Shown here in pieces: positions 62,187-64,000 of a DNA stretch of 64,000 nt (the first letter of the stretch is position 1; every line of letters starts with the position of its first letter). Both the position numbers and the translations under genes were made by a program. The DNA comes from the human T2T-CHM13v2.0 reference genome, Homo sapiens, in assembly GCF_009914755.1 (NCBI RefSeq), contig NC_060947.1; one strand, 5' to 3'. The notes under the pieces are model-generated. The model was not told where the DNA came from, searched no databases, and saw only the letters and a program-made list of their open reading frames with translations.

Positions 62187-64000
62187 TGATATGGTTTGGC
62201 TGTGTCTCCACCCAAATCTCATCTTGAATTCCCACATGTTGTTGGAGGGACCTGGTGGGAGGTAATTGAATCATGGGAATAGGTCTTTCCTGTGCTGGTC
62301 TCATGATAGTGAATAAGTCTCACGAGATCTGATGGTTTTAAAAAGGAGAGTTCACCAGCACAAGATCTCTCTCTTTGCCTGCTGCCATCCATGTAAGACA
62401 AGATTTGCTTCTCCTTGCCTTCCAACATGATTGTGAGGCTTCCCCAGCCACGTGGAACTGGAAGTCCAATTAAACTTCTTTCCTGTGTAAATTGCCCAGT
62501 CTCTAGTACGTCTTTATCAACAGTGTCAAAAAGGGCTAATACATTAAATTGGTATTGGGGGTGGGGCACTGCTGAAAAGATACCCGAAAATGTGAAAGCA
62601 ACTTTGGAACTGGGTAACAGGCAGAGGTTGGAACAGTTTGGAAGGCTCAGAAGAAGACAGGAAAAGGTGAGAAAGTTTTGAGCTCTCTAGAGACTTGTCA
62701 AATGGCTTGATCAAAATGCTGATAACGAGATGCACAATGAAATCCAGGCTAAGGTGGTCTCAGATGGAGATGAGGAACTTGTTGGGAACTGGAGCAAAGG
62801 TGACTCATGTTTTAGCAAAGAGACTGACAGCATTTTGCCTCTGCCCTAGAGATTTGTGGAACATTGAACTTGAGAGAGATGGTTTAGAGTATCTGGTTGA
62901 AGACACTTCTAGGCAGCAAAGCATTCAAGATATGACTTGGGTGCTATTAAAGGCATTTTGTTTTATAAGGGAAGAGAGCATAAAAGTTTGGAAAATTTGC
63001 AGCCTGACAATGAGATAGAAAAGAAAATCCCATTGTCTGAGGAGAAATTCAAGTGGGCTGCAAAAATGTTCATAACTAACAAGGAGCCCAATGTTAATCC
63101 CCAAGGCAATGGGAAAAATATCTCCAGGGCATGTCAGAGTTCTTCACAGCAGCCTTTTCCATCGCAGGCCCTGAGGCCTAGGAGGAAAAAGTGGTTTTAT
63201 GGGCCAGGTCCAGGGTCCCTGTGCTGTATGCAGCCTAGGAAGTTGCTGTCCTGTGTTCCTGCTGCTCCAGCTGTGACTGAAGAGGGCCAATGTAGATAGA
63301 GCTTGAACCATGGCTTCAGAGGGTAAAAACCTCAAGCCTTGGCAGCTTCCACAGGGTCTTGAGCCTGCCAATGTACATAAGTCAAGAATTGGGATTTGGG
63401 AACCTCTGCTTAGACTTCTGAAGATGTAAGGAACACCTGGATGCCCAGGTAGAAGTTTGCTCTAGAGCCTCTGCTAGGGGAGTGCAGAAGGGAAATTTGG
63501 GGTTGGAGCCCCCACACAGAGTCTCTACTGGGGCACTGCCTAGTGAAGCTGTGAGAGGAGGGCCACCATCCTCCAGACCCCAGAATGGTAGATCCACTGA
63601 CAGCTTGCACCACATGCCTGGAAAAGCCACAGACACTCAATGCCAGCCCATTAAGGCAGCTGGGATGGAGGCTGTACCCTGCAAAGCCACGGGGGTGGAG
63701 CTGCCCAAGACTATGAGAACCTACCTCTTGCATCAGCATGACCTGCATGTGACATGGAGTCAAAGGAGATCATCTTGGAACTTTAAGATTTGATTGCCCT
63801 GCTGGGTTTTGGACTAGCACAGGGACTGTAGTCCCTTGCTCTGGCCAATTTCTCTCACTTCGAATAGCTGTATTTACCCAATGCTTGTACCCACCATTAT
63901 ATCTAGGAATTAACTAACATGCTTTTGATTTTACAGGCTCCTAAATGAAAGGGACTTGCCTTGTCTCAGATGAGACTTTGGACTGTGGACTTTGAGTTAA
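62187..64000 (+). mobile_element. THE1A/B MaLR: 5' LTR 62187-62543 plus internal region running off the window
   Basis: tgatatggtttggctgtg...gctaataca. Internal region is collinear with 13119-14610. Confidence 0.95.

Overview
AT-rich mammalian genomic DNA. AluY/AluS, THE1, LTR7 and L1PA elements point to a catarrhine primate, probably human. About half of the window is recognisable interspersed repeat (L1, Alu, L2, MIR, MaLR/ERV LTRs, Tigger/hAT/mariner elements). There is no intact protein-coding gene, and most of the supplied ORFs are repeat-derived or chance. The main observation lies in the repeat-free gaps between about 10.1 kb and 46.1 kb. They hold a chain of more than 20 minus-strand segments, most with recognisable splice acceptors and donors. 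Translated by eye, these give a stop- and frameshift-riddled protein with an ATG/signal-peptide exon (MKPVLLLLFSVG) and about five tandem modules resembling NXPE-type Ig plus PC-esterase (SGNH) domains. Several of these pseudo-exons are split by transposons. I infer an anciently inactivated unitary pseudogene. No database search was run, so the family assignment, repeat subfamily names and many boundaries are pattern recognition and approximate.
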